From Candidatus Bathyarchaeota archaeon (GTDB lineage: Archaea > Thermoproteota > Bathyarchaeia > TCS64): a DNA stretch of 64,000 nucleotides. Location: positions 1 through 64,000 of the forward strand of contig JBDRQD010000057.1 in NCBI GenBank assembly GCA_043826455.1. Reading direction: 5' to 3'. Below the pieces are notes generated by a model. That model was not told the origin of the DNA, did no database searches, and worked only from the letters and a program-made list of their open reading frames with translations. Positions within the stretch are counted from its first letter, which is position 1. Every line of letters begins with the position of its first letter. Shown one piece after another: positions 18,904 through 28,994 of the stretch. The position numbers and the translations under genes were made by a program.

Positions 18904-20121
18904 TTGAACGTGCTCGACTACCTGAAGAAGCAGGAGATCGTTGACCTTGCATGCGAACTGATCCGTTGTCCCAGTCTCACCAACCAGGAGGGCCCCGCCG
19001 TGGACTACATGATCGACTGGTACGAGGACCAGGGCTTCGACCAGGTCATCGTCCAGGAGGTCCAGCCCGGGCGGAGGCAGGTCATCGGCGTCCTCAGGGG
19101 CGACGGTTCCGGGAAGAGCATGATGTTCAACGGCCACCTGGACATCGACCCCATAACGGCTGACTGGGAGTGGGACCCCTACGAGCCCAAGGTGGACGGC
19201 AACAGGCTGTGGGGCGCCGGCGTCCACAACATGAAGAGCGGCGACGCGGCGTTCCTCTCCGCGGCCCTGGCCATCAAGCGGTCAGGAGCCAAGCTGAAGG
19301 GCGACCTGGTGTGCGCCACCGTCGTCGGCGAGCTCCAGGGCGGCGTCGGCACCGTCCACATGCTCAAGGAGGGCATCCGGACCGACTACGCCATCGTCCC
19401 CGAGCCCTACAGCGTGGACAACATACTGACTAAATGCGTGGGGGTCCACGACTTCGCCATCAACGTCATCGGCAAGTCCGAGCACATAAGCCGCATGGAG
19501 GAAAGCGTAGACGCCATCAAGAAGATGAGAACCGTCCTAGACCGCATCGACAAGATGGAGTTCGAGGCCCGGGACCCAGACCTACCCGGGGCTCCCAGGT
19601 GGGTGGCCGGCAGCATCATAGGCGGCCGCAACAGAGACCACGACCTGGCGGGCCCCTACAACATACCCGACTTCTGCACCGTCATAGTGGACTTCAGGTA
19701 CCCGCCAGGCTACACGATAGAGGAGATCAATGAACGCTTCACGGAGATGCTGGAGGGGATAGTGGCTGAGGACCCGGAGTTCAGGTACGAGTTCGAGTAC
19801 CCTGTGAACCCCCGGTTCAGGGTGGGCGGCACCGTGATGCCCCCCATGGGCGTGGACCCTGACGCAGAGATCGTCAGAATCCTCAAGGAGAACCACAGGA
19901 AGGTGACGGGCGGCTACCCCATTCAGATAGGCGCAGTGATCCCCCGCAGCTACTGCGGCAACGACACAGCCCACCTGGCCCAGGCTGGCGTCGAGTGCTG
20001 CCTGTACGGGCCCAGGGGTTACCCGGACCAGGTTGAGAAGCACGTCAGGATAGACGAGATGGTGACCTGCGCCAAGGCCCTGGCCCTCAGCGGATACCAG
20101 GTGGTCACCCGGCCCAGGTAG
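18904..20121 (+). CDS. M20 metallopeptidase / ArgE-like deacylase
   Basis: FNGHLD, WGAGVHNMKSG, VVGELQGG, PEP. Some metal ligands are atypical. Confidence 0.85.
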   Translation: MNVLDYLKKQEIVDLACELIRCPSLTNQEGPAVDYMIDWYEDQGFDQVIVQEVQPGRRQVIGVLRGDGSGKSMMFNGHLDIDPITADWEWDPYEPKVDGNRLWGAGVHNMKSGDAAFLSAALAIKRSGAKLKGDLVCATVVGELQGGVGTVHMLKEGIRTDYAIVPEPYSVDNILTKCVGVHDFAINVIGKSEHISRMEESVDAIKKMRTVLDRIDKMEFEARDPDLPGAPRWVAGSIIGGRNRDHDLAGPYNIPDFCTVIVDFRYPPGYTIEEINERFTEMLEGIVAEDPEFRYEFEYPVNPRFRVGGTVMPPMGVDPDAEIVRILKENHRKVTGGYPIQIGAVIPRSYCGNDTAHLAQAGVECCLYGPRGYPDQVEKHVRIDEMVTCAKALALSGYQVVTRPR

Positions 20122-20143
20122 CCTCACCTCGCAACGCTCAGCT

Positions 20144-21421
20144 CTATGCTGAAACCCGTGAACTCACCCTGAAGAGGCCCTTGGGGTACCTGGCCTCCTC
20201 CCCCAACCACTCCTCGATCCTCAGAAGCTGGTTGTACTTGGCGGTGCGCTCCCCGCGTGCAGGAGCCCCCGTCTTGATCTGGCCGCACCCTATGCCGACG
20301 CTGAGGTCCGCGACGAAGGGGTCCTCCGTCTCACCGCTCCTATGGCTGGCCATCACCGTGTACCCGCTCCTCATGGCTAGTTCGGCGGCGTCCCTGGCCT
20401 CGGTGAGGCTGCCTATCTGGTTCACCTTCCATAGTAGGCTGTTGCAGGCACCCATCTCGATGCCCTTCCTAAGACGCTCAGGGTTGGTGACGAAGAGGTC
20501 GTCCCCCACGATCTGTATGGGCAGGGCCTTCGTCGCCTCAACGAAGCCCTCGTAGTCCTCCTCCTCCAGGGGGTCCTCGATGCTGGCCACGTGGAACTTG
20601 GATACTAGCTCACGGTAGACGTCTATGAGCTCGCCGCGGCTTATGACGCGGCCCATGTAGTGGTACCCGTTGGGCTTGTAGAAGCTGCTGGCGGCCACGT
20701 CCATGGCGAGCCGCGTTTTCCCGCCGTAGCCCAGCTCCTCCACCGACGCCTGCACAGCCTCCAGGGCCTCCTCGGGGCCAGTCATGGGTGGACTGAACCC
20801 GCCCTCGTCCCCCACGTTTATCGCGTTCTTACCGTACTTCTTGAGGAGGCGGGCCTTCAGCGTCTGGTAAATCTCGGCGCCCATCCGCAGGGCCTCGGTG
20901 AAGCTGGATGCGCCTGTGGGGGCCACCATGAACTCCTGGAAGTCCAGCTGGTTGCCGGCGTGCTTCCCGCCGTTGATGACGTTGAAGAAGGGCACCGGCA
21001 GGAGGCTGGCCCTAGGGTCGATGTACTTGTAGAGCCTTAAGCCCATGCTGTCGGCCGCGGCCTTGGCGCAGGCGACGCTGACCCCCAGTATGGCGTTTCC
21101 GCCGAGGCGGCTCTTGTTGCCTGTGCCGTCCAGCTCAGTCATGGCCGTGTCCAGCTCGCGCTGAGCTGTGACATCCATTCCCTTGAGCCTTGGCGCTATC
21201 TCCTTGCGGACAGCCCCGACCGCCTTTAAGACTCCTTTCCCGTGGAAGGGTTTTCCACCGTCCCTCAGTTCCACGGCCTCATAGATGCCTGTAGAGGCGC
21301 CGCTGGGCACCGCCGCCCTCCCGGCGAAGCCCCTGGCCGTGGAGACCTCCACCTCGATGGTGGGATTGCCGCGGCTGTCAAGTATCTGCCGGGCGTGGAT
21401 GGCCTTGATCTTGTCGCCCAT
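20144..21421 (-). CDS. eno: Enolase
   Basis: ILDSRGNPTIEV, VPSGASTG, GDEGGF, SHRSGETED, QIKTGAPARGERTAKYNQLLRIEE. Confidence 0.98.
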   Translation of the reverse strand: MGDKIKAIHARQILDSRGNPTIEVEVSTARGFAGRAAVPSGASTGIYEAVELRDGGKPFHGKGVLKAVGAVRKEIAPRLKGMDVTAQRELDTAMTELDGTGNKSRLGGNAILGVSVACAKAAADSMGLRLYKYIDPRASLLPVPFFNVINGGKHAGNQLDFQEFMVAPTGASSFTEALRMGAEIYQTLKARLLKKYGKNAINVGDEGGFSPPMTGPEEALEAVQASVEELGYGGKTRLAMDVAASSFYKPNGYHYMGRVISRGELIDVYRELVSKFHVASIEDPLEEEDYEGFVEATKALPIQIVGDDLFVTNPERLRKGIEMGACNSLLWKVNQIGSLTEARDAAELAMRSGYTVMASHRSGETEDPFVADLSVGIGCGQIKTGAPARGERTAKYNQLLRIEEWLGEEARYPKGLFRVSSRVSA

Positions 21422-21448
21422 ACCTTGTCTGATATGGGAGAATGCGGT

Positions 21449-21481
21449 GGAGTGAAAAATTTATCTCCTACCTGGCTTCCT
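21449..21481 (+). repeat. 33-bp direct repeat, copy 1
   Basis: GGAGTGAAAAATTTATCTCCTACCTGGCTTCCT, with one mismatch to the copy at 22453-22485. Confidence 0.9.
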
Positions 21482-21633
21482 GCATGGCTCAATTCTACCA
21501 TCATAACCGAGCACACATGGCGAAGCCATGTGAAACGTGACATGCCTTATCAGCCCGTTCACGGGCGAATGCCCGTGGTTGGTTGGGTTAAATTTAATCC
21601 TAAGTTCCGCCTGATACTAATCTGTGAAGCTAT

Positions 21634-22188
21634 ATGGTTGACCTATCGTTGCTTCAGGCAGTGTCCTACATCGCCGGAGCTTTTGGAGTGTGTGTGGCAG
21701 CTATCTATTATATCCTAAACCTCAGAGAGGTGGGGTTGAATAGACGCATATCCTTCACTACTAACTTCATTCTACCAATTTCATCCACGGAGGGCATGAT
21801 GTACTATGTCACGCTTGTGAGAATGAATTGGACCGATATTGATGACTATATGAAGAAATATGACTCCGTAGTAAATCAAGAAAATTTTATTGCGCGAAAT
21901 ACATATTGGATTACCTGTGAAGTATTAGGCTTCCAATATAAGAGAGGTCTCATCGATATTGAAACAGTATATGAAATGTGTGGGGAGTATATAATCGATG
22001 TCTGGGTGAAGTTCAAACCTATCATTGATGAATATAAGAGACTTGGTCAATATGGTAAAGATTCATTTAAGAATTTTGAGTATTTGGCTTATGAACTAGC
22101 TAAGATCAAACAACAGAGAGATCCTACATATCCTATTATTCAAATATTTTTTCAGCAAAATAAATCAGAAACGTTTGTAAAGAAATAA
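21634..22188 (+). CDS. AT-rich hypothetical protein with N-terminal TM helix (DUF4760-like)
   Basis: 184 aa ORF with a hydrophobic N-terminus and a G...KRGLID / FEYLA pattern. Composition is unlike the host genes. Confidence 0.7.
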   Translation: MVDLSLLQAVSYIAGAFGVCVAAIYYILNLREVGLNRRISFTTNFILPISSTEGMMYYVTLVRMNWTDIDDYMKKYDSVVNQENFIARNTYWITCEVLGFQYKRGLIDIETVYEMCGEYIIDVWVKFKPIIDEYKRLGQYGKDSFKNFEYLAYELAKIKQQRDPTYPIIQIFFQQNKSETFVKK

Positions 22189-22452
22189 GTGTTCAATGTG
22201 TATTCGACTTATTTTTCCCTTTTCTTATAATAGGATATGTGTTAAGGAACCTGTATCGAGTATGCTCTTTTTCCTCTAGGGATATACCCGCCATATTTTT
22301 TACTTATGAATAACAGAGTATATCTTCCACTGAAAACAGGTACACCAGCGTCTCCTGCCCTGACTTCAATATTCTGCCAGTACATGCTCTGACTTTACAT
22401 TCTGTCCGCACGCATCTAAAAAACGCTCCAGAGCAGCCCGTCGTCTCGAGGC

Positions 22453-22485
22453 GGAGTGAAAAATGTATCTCCTACCTGGCTTCCT
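22453..22485 (+). repeat. 33-bp direct repeat, copy 2 (includes the thioredoxin stop codon)
   Basis: GGAGTGAAAAATGTATCTCCTACCTGGCTTCCT. Confidence 0.9.
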
Positions 22486-22729
22486 CTATGGCCTTCTCTA
22501 GGTCGCCCTCGTCGAAGGGCCATCCCACCAGCTTGATGACGCCGTCCACGGCGACCGTGGGCACCGCCATCACCTGGAGGCTCATGCCCCGCTCTATGCC
22601 GGCCTCCGTGTACGTGTTTACCTCCTCGAAGGTGTCCTCCGGGTGCCTCTCGGCGACGCCGAAGAAGACTTTTCGGGCAGCAGGGCAGTGGGGGCAGACA
22701 GGCGACAGGAAAAGCTCTACTTTCACCAA
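22472..22729 (-). CDS. Thioredoxin/glutaredoxin-like protein
   Basis: CPHC active site and MAVPTVAVDG. Confidence 0.9.
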   Translation of the reverse strand: MVKVELFLSPVCPHCPAARKVFFGVAERHPEDTFEEVNTYTEAGIERGMSLQVMAVPTVAVDGVIKLVGWPFDEGDLEKAIEEAR

Positions 22730-22732
22730 ACC

Positions 22733-23644
22733 TTAACTCACCGTCTTCACGTGCCTCATGGCCGAGAGGGCCGCCTTGGCGCCCATGCCCGTGGCTGTGA
22801 CTATCTGCATTCCTCTGCAGCTGCAGTCACCGGCCGCGTAGATGCCCCTTATGTTGGTCATACCGTCGTCGTCTACCATGATGCAGCCCCCGTCGTCGGT
22901 GGCTATTCCCGCGTCCTGGATGATACCCGCCGTACTCACCCGCTCCAGGATGATGAACACGCCGTCAACGTCCAGCCTGGTGCCGTCGTCGAGCTTCAAG
23001 CCCTTGACTTGATCCTGACCGGTGATCTCCTTCACAGCCTTTCCCTCAAGCAATCGGACCTTGGGGTTGCTTCTCAGGTTTTGTATCTCGGGGAAGTCGC
23101 CGCTGTACCCCTTCTTGCCCGGTAACGCGTAGACTTTGAAGGCGGTCTCCGCCAGTATCTCGGCGTCGTGGACTGCCTCGTGGCCCTCACCAACGACGGC
23201 CACTGTCTTGTCCTTGAAGAAGGGGCCGTCGCAGACGGCGCAGTAGCTGACGCCCCGGCCCTTGAACTCGTTCTCGCCGGGGACGCTTAGCTGTCTTCTA
23301 TTGACCCCCGTGGCTAGAATTATGGTCTTGCCCTGGTGATACCCCTGCCGGGTGGACACCATCTTCAGGTCTCCGAAGTCGCTGAGCCCAATCACTGTCT
23401 CGTGTCTGACCTCGGCCCCGAACCTTTCAACCTGCTCATTGAACTTTTGCATGAGGTCGGGTCCGCTTATGCCCTCCGGGAACCCGGGGTAGTTGTCCAC
23501 CCAGTGGGCTTCCAAGGCTCTGCCACCCACCTTGACCCCTTCCAGGACCAGGGTCTTCAGGTTGTGGCGGGCCGCATAGAGGGCGGCGGTCAGCCCCGCG
23601 GGGCCTCCGCCGACGATGATCACATCATATATGTCCTCGGTCAT
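22733..23644 (-). CDS. trxB: Thioredoxin reductase
   Basis: GGGPAGLTAA, NYPGF, GRGVSYCAVCDG, YAAGD. Confidence 0.95.
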   Translation of the reverse strand: MTEDIYDVIIVGGGPAGLTAALYAARHNLKTLVLEGVKVGGRALEAHWVDNYPGFPEGISGPDLMQKFNEQVERFGAEVRHETVIGLSDFGDLKMVSTRQGYHQGKTIILATGVNRRQLSVPGENEFKGRGVSYCAVCDGPFFKDKTVAVVGEGHEAVHDAEILAETAFKVYALPGKKGYSGDFPEIQNLRSNPKVRLLEGKAVKEITGQDQVKGLKLDDGTRLDVDGVFIILERVSTAGIIQDAGIATDDGGCIMVDDDGMTNIRGIYAAGDCSCRGMQIVTATGMGAKAALSAMRHVKTVS

Positions 23645-23691
23645 CGCTCCGATCGGTGTTTAATGTTGGCGGGAGATAAAAAGGGTGGTGA

Positions 23692-26082
23692 TTAGCTCCT
23701 GTACTCTTTGGCGATCTGGGCTAGCTCGTCGAGGCGCTTCTGCACCTTCTCGTTGATGCTGCCGGGGGTCCACTCGTCGTCGATCTTCTCCCCGGTTGGG
23801 ACCCCTGTGAGCACCTCTATGCCCTCGTCAATGGTTCTCACGGGGTAGACGCTGAAAGTGCCATTCTTGATGGACTCTACAACCTCCTCCTTGAGCATCA
23901 GGTTCTTGACGTTGCTCTCGGGGATGACCACGCCGTGGCTGCCGTCTAGGCCCCTGTACTTGCACAGCTCGTAGTAGCCCTCTATCTTCTCGTTGACGCC
24001 GCCGATGGCCTGGACCTCACCCTTCTGGTTGACGCTGCCAGTCACGGCCAGGTTCTGTTTGATGGGGACCCCGCTTAGGGCACTGAGGAGAGAGTATGTC
24101 TCGGTGCTGCTGGCGCTGTCACCGTCCACGCCGCTGTAGCTCTGCTCGAAGGTGAGCCTGGCTGTGAGGCTCAGCGGGTGCTGCCCGGCGTAGCGGCTGG
24201 TGAGGAAACCTGTGAGTATGTGAACCCCCTTGGTGTGGGTGGGGCCGCCCATCTCGGCCTCCCGCTCGATGTCGATGATGCCGTCCTTACCGGCGCCGAT
24301 GCTGGCCGTGATCCTGCTGGGCTTCCCGAACATGTAGTCCCCGGTTCCTAGGACGGCGAGGCCGTTGACCTGGCCCACCTTCTCCCCGCCGGTGTCCACA
24401 AGTATACTGCCCCGCTCCATCATCTCCTCGATCTTCTCCTCGATGAGGTTGCTGCGGTACACCTTAGCCTCCACGGCCTGCCTGACATGCGCCTCAGTGA
24501 TCTGCTCGCTGCCGTTCTGCTTGGCGTAGAAGTTGGCCTCCCGGATGATGTCGCTCACCTCCGCGAACTGGGTGCTCAGCTTCTCCTGGTCCGCGGCCAG
24601 CCTGCTGCTGAACTCGACCACAGCCGAGATGCCCGAGGAGTCGAGGTGCTTGAGGTCCTCCTTGTTGCAGAGGGTGCACATGAACTGGGCGTACTGCCTC
24701 ACGTTCTTCTCGTCCCGGTCCATGGTGGTGTCGAACTCTGCCTTCACCTTGAAGATCTTCTTGAACTCGGGGTCCAGCTGGTAGAGCAGGTAGTAGATCC
24801 TGGACTCGCCCACTATGATGACCTTGGCGTCGAAGGGTATAGGCTCCGGCCTTAGGCTCTTGGTGGTAATATAGCCCATACGTTCGGCCAGCTCCTCTAT
24901 GTCGAGCTTCTGGTTCATGATGGTGCGCTTCAGTGTCTCGTAGCTGCCAGGGTTCCTGGCAAGCTCCTCCACAGGTATCACCAGGTACCCGCCGTTGGCC
25001 TTGTGGGCGCTCCCGGCTCGGATCATGGTGTAGTCGGTGATTAGGGCTCCGAACCTGGCCTCCTTCTCTGTTGCGCCGAAGAGGTGGCTGTGGGTGGGGT
25101 TCATCTCCATGACCACTGGCGCCCCCTCCTGCTTACTGTTGTCTACCATCAGGTTGACCTTGTACCTGAAGGTTGGGTCAGGGGTTTGCCCCATGAGGAA
25201 TGGAAAGGGTGTCTCTGGCTGCTTCTGCGCTCCCAGGATGGCGTCCAGGTTCCCCAGGACATCGTTACGAACGGCCTCCACGTACCCCATGCACTCCGCT
25301 ACGCCACCGTACTTATCCTTAAGGCGCTGAATTAGGTGATCCATGGCGAACTCCGCCACCTCCTTGTTGAACTTCTCTATGGCTGCCTCGGCGTCCTTGT
25401 CGCTGTCCCTGAACTGGCGGAAGGCGCTCTTGAGTTCGTCCTGCAGCTTCTTACGCCGGCTCTGGATCTCGTCCCTGACGCTCTGGGGAAGGATGCTCAG
25501 CTGCTGTTCTTGGATAATCTGGCCGTTGATGATGGGGATTATGAGGAGCCCTATCTCTGTGCGCTGGAGGACGAAGCCGGCGTCGCTGGCCTTCTTGTTC
25601 AGCGTCTTGAGGAGCTCCTGCTTCATGTCATCGAACTGTTTGGTGACCTCCTCGCGACGGTTTGCGTAGTCCTCGCTCTCGAAGGCGGCCGCCAGAGCCT
25701 TCCTCATGTCCTCCACGAACTTGGCCATGTCATCCCTGAACTGGACGCCCATGCCTGAGGGCAGCCTCAGGGCGTTGGGCTTATCCTCCTCCTCGAAGTT
25801 ATACACGTAGCACCAGTCGGAGGGCGTGGGCATGTCCTTGGCCCTCAGCTCCAGAAACGTTAAGATGGCCGTCTTCTTGCCGGTACCCGGCATCCCAGCC
25901 ACATAGATGTTGAATCCCTCCTCCTTGATGTCCAGGCCGAACTGGAGGGCCTTGACGGCCCGGTCCTGGCCTATGATCTCCATGAGGGGCTCCAGGTCCA
26001 GGGTGCTCTCACAGGCTATGAAGTTGGGTGGGCATCTGCGCCGGGCCTTAGTGTAATCCAGTTTCTGTACCACGACTATCAC
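23692..26082 (-). CDS. Lon-like (LonC / AAA_32 type) ATP-dependent protease
   Basis: IGQDRA, Walker A GMPGTGK, AHKANGGYL, Ser-Lys dyad (DGDSAS ... NEKIEG). Confidence 0.92.
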   Translation of the reverse strand: MIVVVQKLDYTKARRRCPPNFIACESTLDLEPLMEIIGQDRAVKALQFGLDIKEEGFNIYVAGMPGTGKKTAILTFLELRAKDMPTPSDWCYVYNFEEEDKPNALRLPSGMGVQFRDDMAKFVEDMRKALAAAFESEDYANRREEVTKQFDDMKQELLKTLNKKASDAGFVLQRTEIGLLIIPIINGQIIQEQQLSILPQSVRDEIQSRRKKLQDELKSAFRQFRDSDKDAEAAIEKFNKEVAEFAMDHLIQRLKDKYGGVAECMGYVEAVRNDVLGNLDAILGAQKQPETPFPFLMGQTPDPTFRYKVNLMVDNSKQEGAPVVMEMNPTHSHLFGATEKEARFGALITDYTMIRAGSAHKANGGYLVIPVEELARNPGSYETLKRTIMNQKLDIEELAERMGYITTKSLRPEPIPFDAKVIIVGESRIYYLLYQLDPEFKKIFKVKAEFDTTMDRDEKNVRQYAQFMCTLCNKEDLKHLDSSGISAVVEFSSRLAADQEKLSTQFAEVSDIIREANFYAKQNGSEQITEAHVRQAVEAKVYRSNLIEEKIEEMMERGSILVDTGGEKVGQVNGLAVLGTGDYMFGKPSRITASIGAGKDGIIDIEREAEMGGPTHTKGVHILTGFLTSRYAGQHPLSLTARLTFEQSYSGVDGDSASSTETYSLLSALSGVPIKQNLAVTGSVNQKGEVQAIGGVNEKIEGYYELCKYRGLDGSHGVVIPESNVKNLMLKEEVVESIKNGTFSVYPVRTIDEGIEVLTGVPTGEKIDDEWTPGSINEKVQKRLDELAQIAKEYRS

Positions 26083-26140
26083 CTAAATAATTCAGTAATG
26101 AGTCTGGAGGGACCCTATATAAACGGTGAGTCGAACTCAT

Positions 26141-26599
26141 CTACCCTAATTTAGCCATGAGCTCGTTCCAAGTGAGGCCCTGGTCCACCTTGATGGTGTA
26201 GTCGTCCACCTTCTCGGCCACGCTGAACCACCAGCCCTTGTACTTGAACTTCCCGGCCAGCACCGCGAAGCGCCGGGGATAGATCCTGTGGATGTGGAGG
26301 AACGCGTGGAGCTTCTGCACCTGGTCTCTCTTATAGTAGGCGTACCTGACCTGGGCCTTCACCTCCACCGCCAGGATGGCGTCGCCCTTGATGGCGAAGA
26401 CATCCGGCAGGGGCTCGGTGCTGGGGGCGCTCACGGGCACCCTGATGGCGTCGTACCCCACATCCCTCAGCATGTGCACCAGCTCACGCTCCGCGTCGTA
26501 GCCCCGCTTCTTCATGGCCCGCACCTGCCTGGCCGTGAGGGTCCGGGTGTACCTCTGGCGCGGGGGCTTCTTCGTGGAGGCCAGGTCCCTTAGGCTCAT
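26141..26599 (-). CDS. hjc: Archaeal Holliday junction resolvase
   Basis: KRGYDAERELV, RVPVS, PDVFA, AVEVK (PD-(D/E)xK fold). Confidence 0.88.
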   Translation of the reverse strand: MSLRDLASTKKPPRQRYTRTLTARQVRAMKKRGYDAERELVHMLRDVGYDAIRVPVSAPSTEPLPDVFAIKGDAILAVEVKAQVRYAYYKRDQVQKLHAFLHIHRIYPRRFAVLAGKFKYKGWWFSVAEKVDDYTIKVDQGLTWNELMAKLG

Positions 26600-26928
26600 C
26601 AGTCTTCCTCGTCCTGCTCCTCGGGCAGCTTGAGGGAGCCGCTCTCCAGGGGCTCCAATGCCAGCTTCATTAGGTCCTTCATCCAGTCGCTGAACCTGTT
26701 GGCGTTGGCGTATTTCTGGTACATGCGCTTGTGGGGCACCTTAGTGATCAGACGCAGGTCCACCATCTTGTTGACGTAGAACTTGGCCGAGCTTCTGCTG
26801 ATGTCGCAGGTCTTGGCCAGGTCGCCGCTGGTGAAGTCCCGCTCCAGCTTGTTGTATCCGACGATGATCTTGGGTGGCAGGGGGAGCGCCCTCTCCAGTA
26901 TCTCTATCAGTGACTCTTCGCGTGACAA
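26599..26928 (-). CDS. Small winged-helix protein
   Basis: FTSGDLAKTCDISRSSAKFYVNKMVDLRLI helix-turn-helix. Translationally coupled to hjc. The TTG start at 26928 is inferred. Confidence 0.65.
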   Translation of the reverse strand: MSREESLIEILERALPLPPKIIVGYNKLERDFTSGDLAKTCDISRSSAKFYVNKMVDLRLITKVPHKRMYQKYANANRFSDWMKDLMKLALEPLESGSLKLPEEQDEED

Positions 26929-26995
26929 AATACTACCTCGGGCTACCGAGATAGATTGGGCTCCAGCGATAATAAAAGTATCACTGGTGGTTGGG

Positions 26996-28255
26996 CTAGG
27001 AGTCTCCCGTGGGGACGGGGACCACCTTCTTTCCCATCTCCTTGATGCCCTCCTCAACAACGGTCCTCTTCAGGTTCCAGGCCGAGACGCTGGGCAGACC
27101 CCACAGGTTGATGAAGCCCACGGCGTCACCCTGGTCGTAGTGGGTGTTGATGTCGAAGCTGGCCAGGTTGTAGTCGTAGAGGCTGAAGGGGCTCTCCCTG
27201 CTCACGGGCTTCGCTGAGCCCTTGAACAGCTTCATGGTCACCGAGCCCGTCACGTTCTCCTGGGTGCTGTCGATGAAGGCGTCAAGGTTAGCCTTGAATG
27301 GGTCAATCCATAGACCCTGGTACACGATCGTGGCCCACATCTGGTCCACCTGGTACTTGAAGGCCTTCTGGTGGCGCGTCAGCACCATCTTCTCCAGGTC
27401 GTGGTGCGCGTTCAGGATGATCTCCGCTGCCGGGATCTCGTAGGTCTCGCGGGTCTTCAGGCCAACGACCCGGTCCTCCATGTGCTCTATCCTGCCTATG
27501 CCGTGCTTGCCCCCTAGCTGCTTCAGCTTCTGGATGATCTCCACAGGCTTGTAGGGTATCCCGTCCAGGCTGGTGGGGACACCCTTCTGGAACCCGATCT
27601 TCACGTAGTCGGGCTCGTCGGGCGCGTTCTCCACGTCCACGGTCCAGTCCCAGATGTCCCCGGGCACCATCTTATCCGGGTGCTCCAGGATGCCTCCCTC
27701 GATGCTGCGGCCCCAGAGGTTCTCGTCGATGCTGTAGGGGCTGTCAGCCGTCACGGGCACAGGCACGTCGTGGTCCTTGGCCCACTGGATCTGGCTCTTC
27801 CTGTTGAACTTCCACTCCCTGACGGGGGCGATGATCTTCAGCTTAGGGTTCAGAGCCTTGAAGGTGAGGTCGAACCTCACCTGGTCGTTCCCCTTCCCGG
27901 TGCACCCGTGGGCCACGGCCTTGGCGTCCTCCATCTCGGCCACCTCCACCACCTTGCTGGCTATCAGTGGCCTGCTGAGGCTGCTGCTCACCGGATAAGT
28001 GCCCATGTAGAGGGCGTTGGCCTTTATGGCCGGGAAGAGGTAGTTTGTGGCGAACTCCTCCTTGGCGTCGAAGGTGTAGTGGTTGACGACCCCCAGCTTC
28101 CAGGCCTTCTCCTCGATGCCCTTCCGCTCCTTGCCCTGGCCCACGTCTAGGTTGACTGTTACCACATCCATCTTGTACTCCATCTGGAGCCACTTGACCA
28201 TCATGGAAGTGTCCAGGCCGCCCGAGTAGGCTAGAACAACCTTGTCTTTAACCAT
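26996..28255 (-). CDS. argG: Argininosuccinate synthase
   Basis: VVLAYSGGLDTS, AHGCTGKGNDQVRF, YSIDENLWGRSIE. Confidence 0.98.
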   Translation of the reverse strand: MVKDKVVLAYSGGLDTSMMVKWLQMEYKMDVVTVNLDVGQGKERKGIEEKAWKLGVVNHYTFDAKEEFATNYLFPAIKANALYMGTYPVSSSLSRPLIASKVVEVAEMEDAKAVAHGCTGKGNDQVRFDLTFKALNPKLKIIAPVREWKFNRKSQIQWAKDHDVPVPVTADSPYSIDENLWGRSIEGGILEHPDKMVPGDIWDWTVDVENAPDEPDYVKIGFQKGVPTSLDGIPYKPVEIIQKLKQLGGKHGIGRIEHMEDRVVGLKTRETYEIPAAEIILNAHHDLEKMVLTRHQKAFKYQVDQMWATIVYQGLWIDPFKANLDAFIDSTQENVTGSVTMKLFKGSAKPVSRESPFSLYDYNLASFDINTHYDQGDAVGFINLWGLPSVSAWNLKRTVVEEGIKEMGKKVVPVPTGDS

Positions 28256-28333
28256 CGCAAACTTACTCCTATCAGGATAACTCCTTCAATTATAGGGCAA
28301 CCTTTTATACCTTGTGACACGGATGTAACAAAT

Positions 28334-28939
28334 ATGGCACATGATACGACGGATAGGACAAAGAGCGTGGCCCAGCTCGTCAGGGACACCATCCAGATGA
28401 GGCCCAGCCTCCTGGACGCCCTCAACATGAAGGTGGTCAACTACAGCGCCTTGGCCCGCCTCCTCCAAGAGGAGATGGGGGAGGGCAGCTTGGAGGCCGT
28501 GAAGGCCGCCATAATCCGGGTGGCCGACGAGATATCAGAGGACAGGGGACTCAGGGAGGAGGCCGTCCTAGGAATCCTGAAAGAGTCCAAGGTCAGGCTC
28601 CAGGACAAGATAGCCGTGGTCATAAGCCCCATCAGGCTGGACATCCCCCACATAGTCACCGCCCACCTCACGGACCAGTACATCTACATCGTCGACCAGA
28701 CCATAATGAAGCAGAGGCTCCCGGAGCAGGTGAAGATAGAGAGCAACCTGGTGGCCCTTATACTGCTCAGCCCCCTCAGGGTGGAGACCACGCCCGGCTT
28801 CGTGGCCTTCGTGACCCAGCTCTTGGCCAGCAGGAACCTGAACATAGTGGAGTTCATCAGCTGCAGCACCAACACCATAATAATACTCAGCCCCAAGGAC
28901 GCTCTCACAGCCTTCAGCCTCCTACAGAACTACACGTGA
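28334..28939 (+). CDS. Archaeal ACT-domain protein (putative amino-acid-responsive regulator)
   Basis: VVNYSALAR N-terminus and a TPGFVAFV...NIVEFISC ACT-like C-terminus. Confidence 0.8.
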   Translation: MAHDTTDRTKSVAQLVRDTIQMRPSLLDALNMKVVNYSALARLLQEEMGEGSLEAVKAAIIRVADEISEDRGLREEAVLGILKESKVRLQDKIAVVISPIRLDIPHIVTAHLTDQYIYIVDQTIMKQRLPEQVKIESNLVALILLSPLRVETTPGFVAFVTQLLASRNLNIVEFISCSTNTIIILSPKDALTAFSLLQNYT

Positions 28940-28994
28940 CCCGTCAACCCCCCATTTATAAGGCAAAGGTTTTTACACTGAGCGCATCGATAAA

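Noticed and set aside
22200..22420. Short minus-strand ORF in the AT-rich cassette
   Set aside because: It is under 50 codons with no recognisable motif or clear initiation signal.
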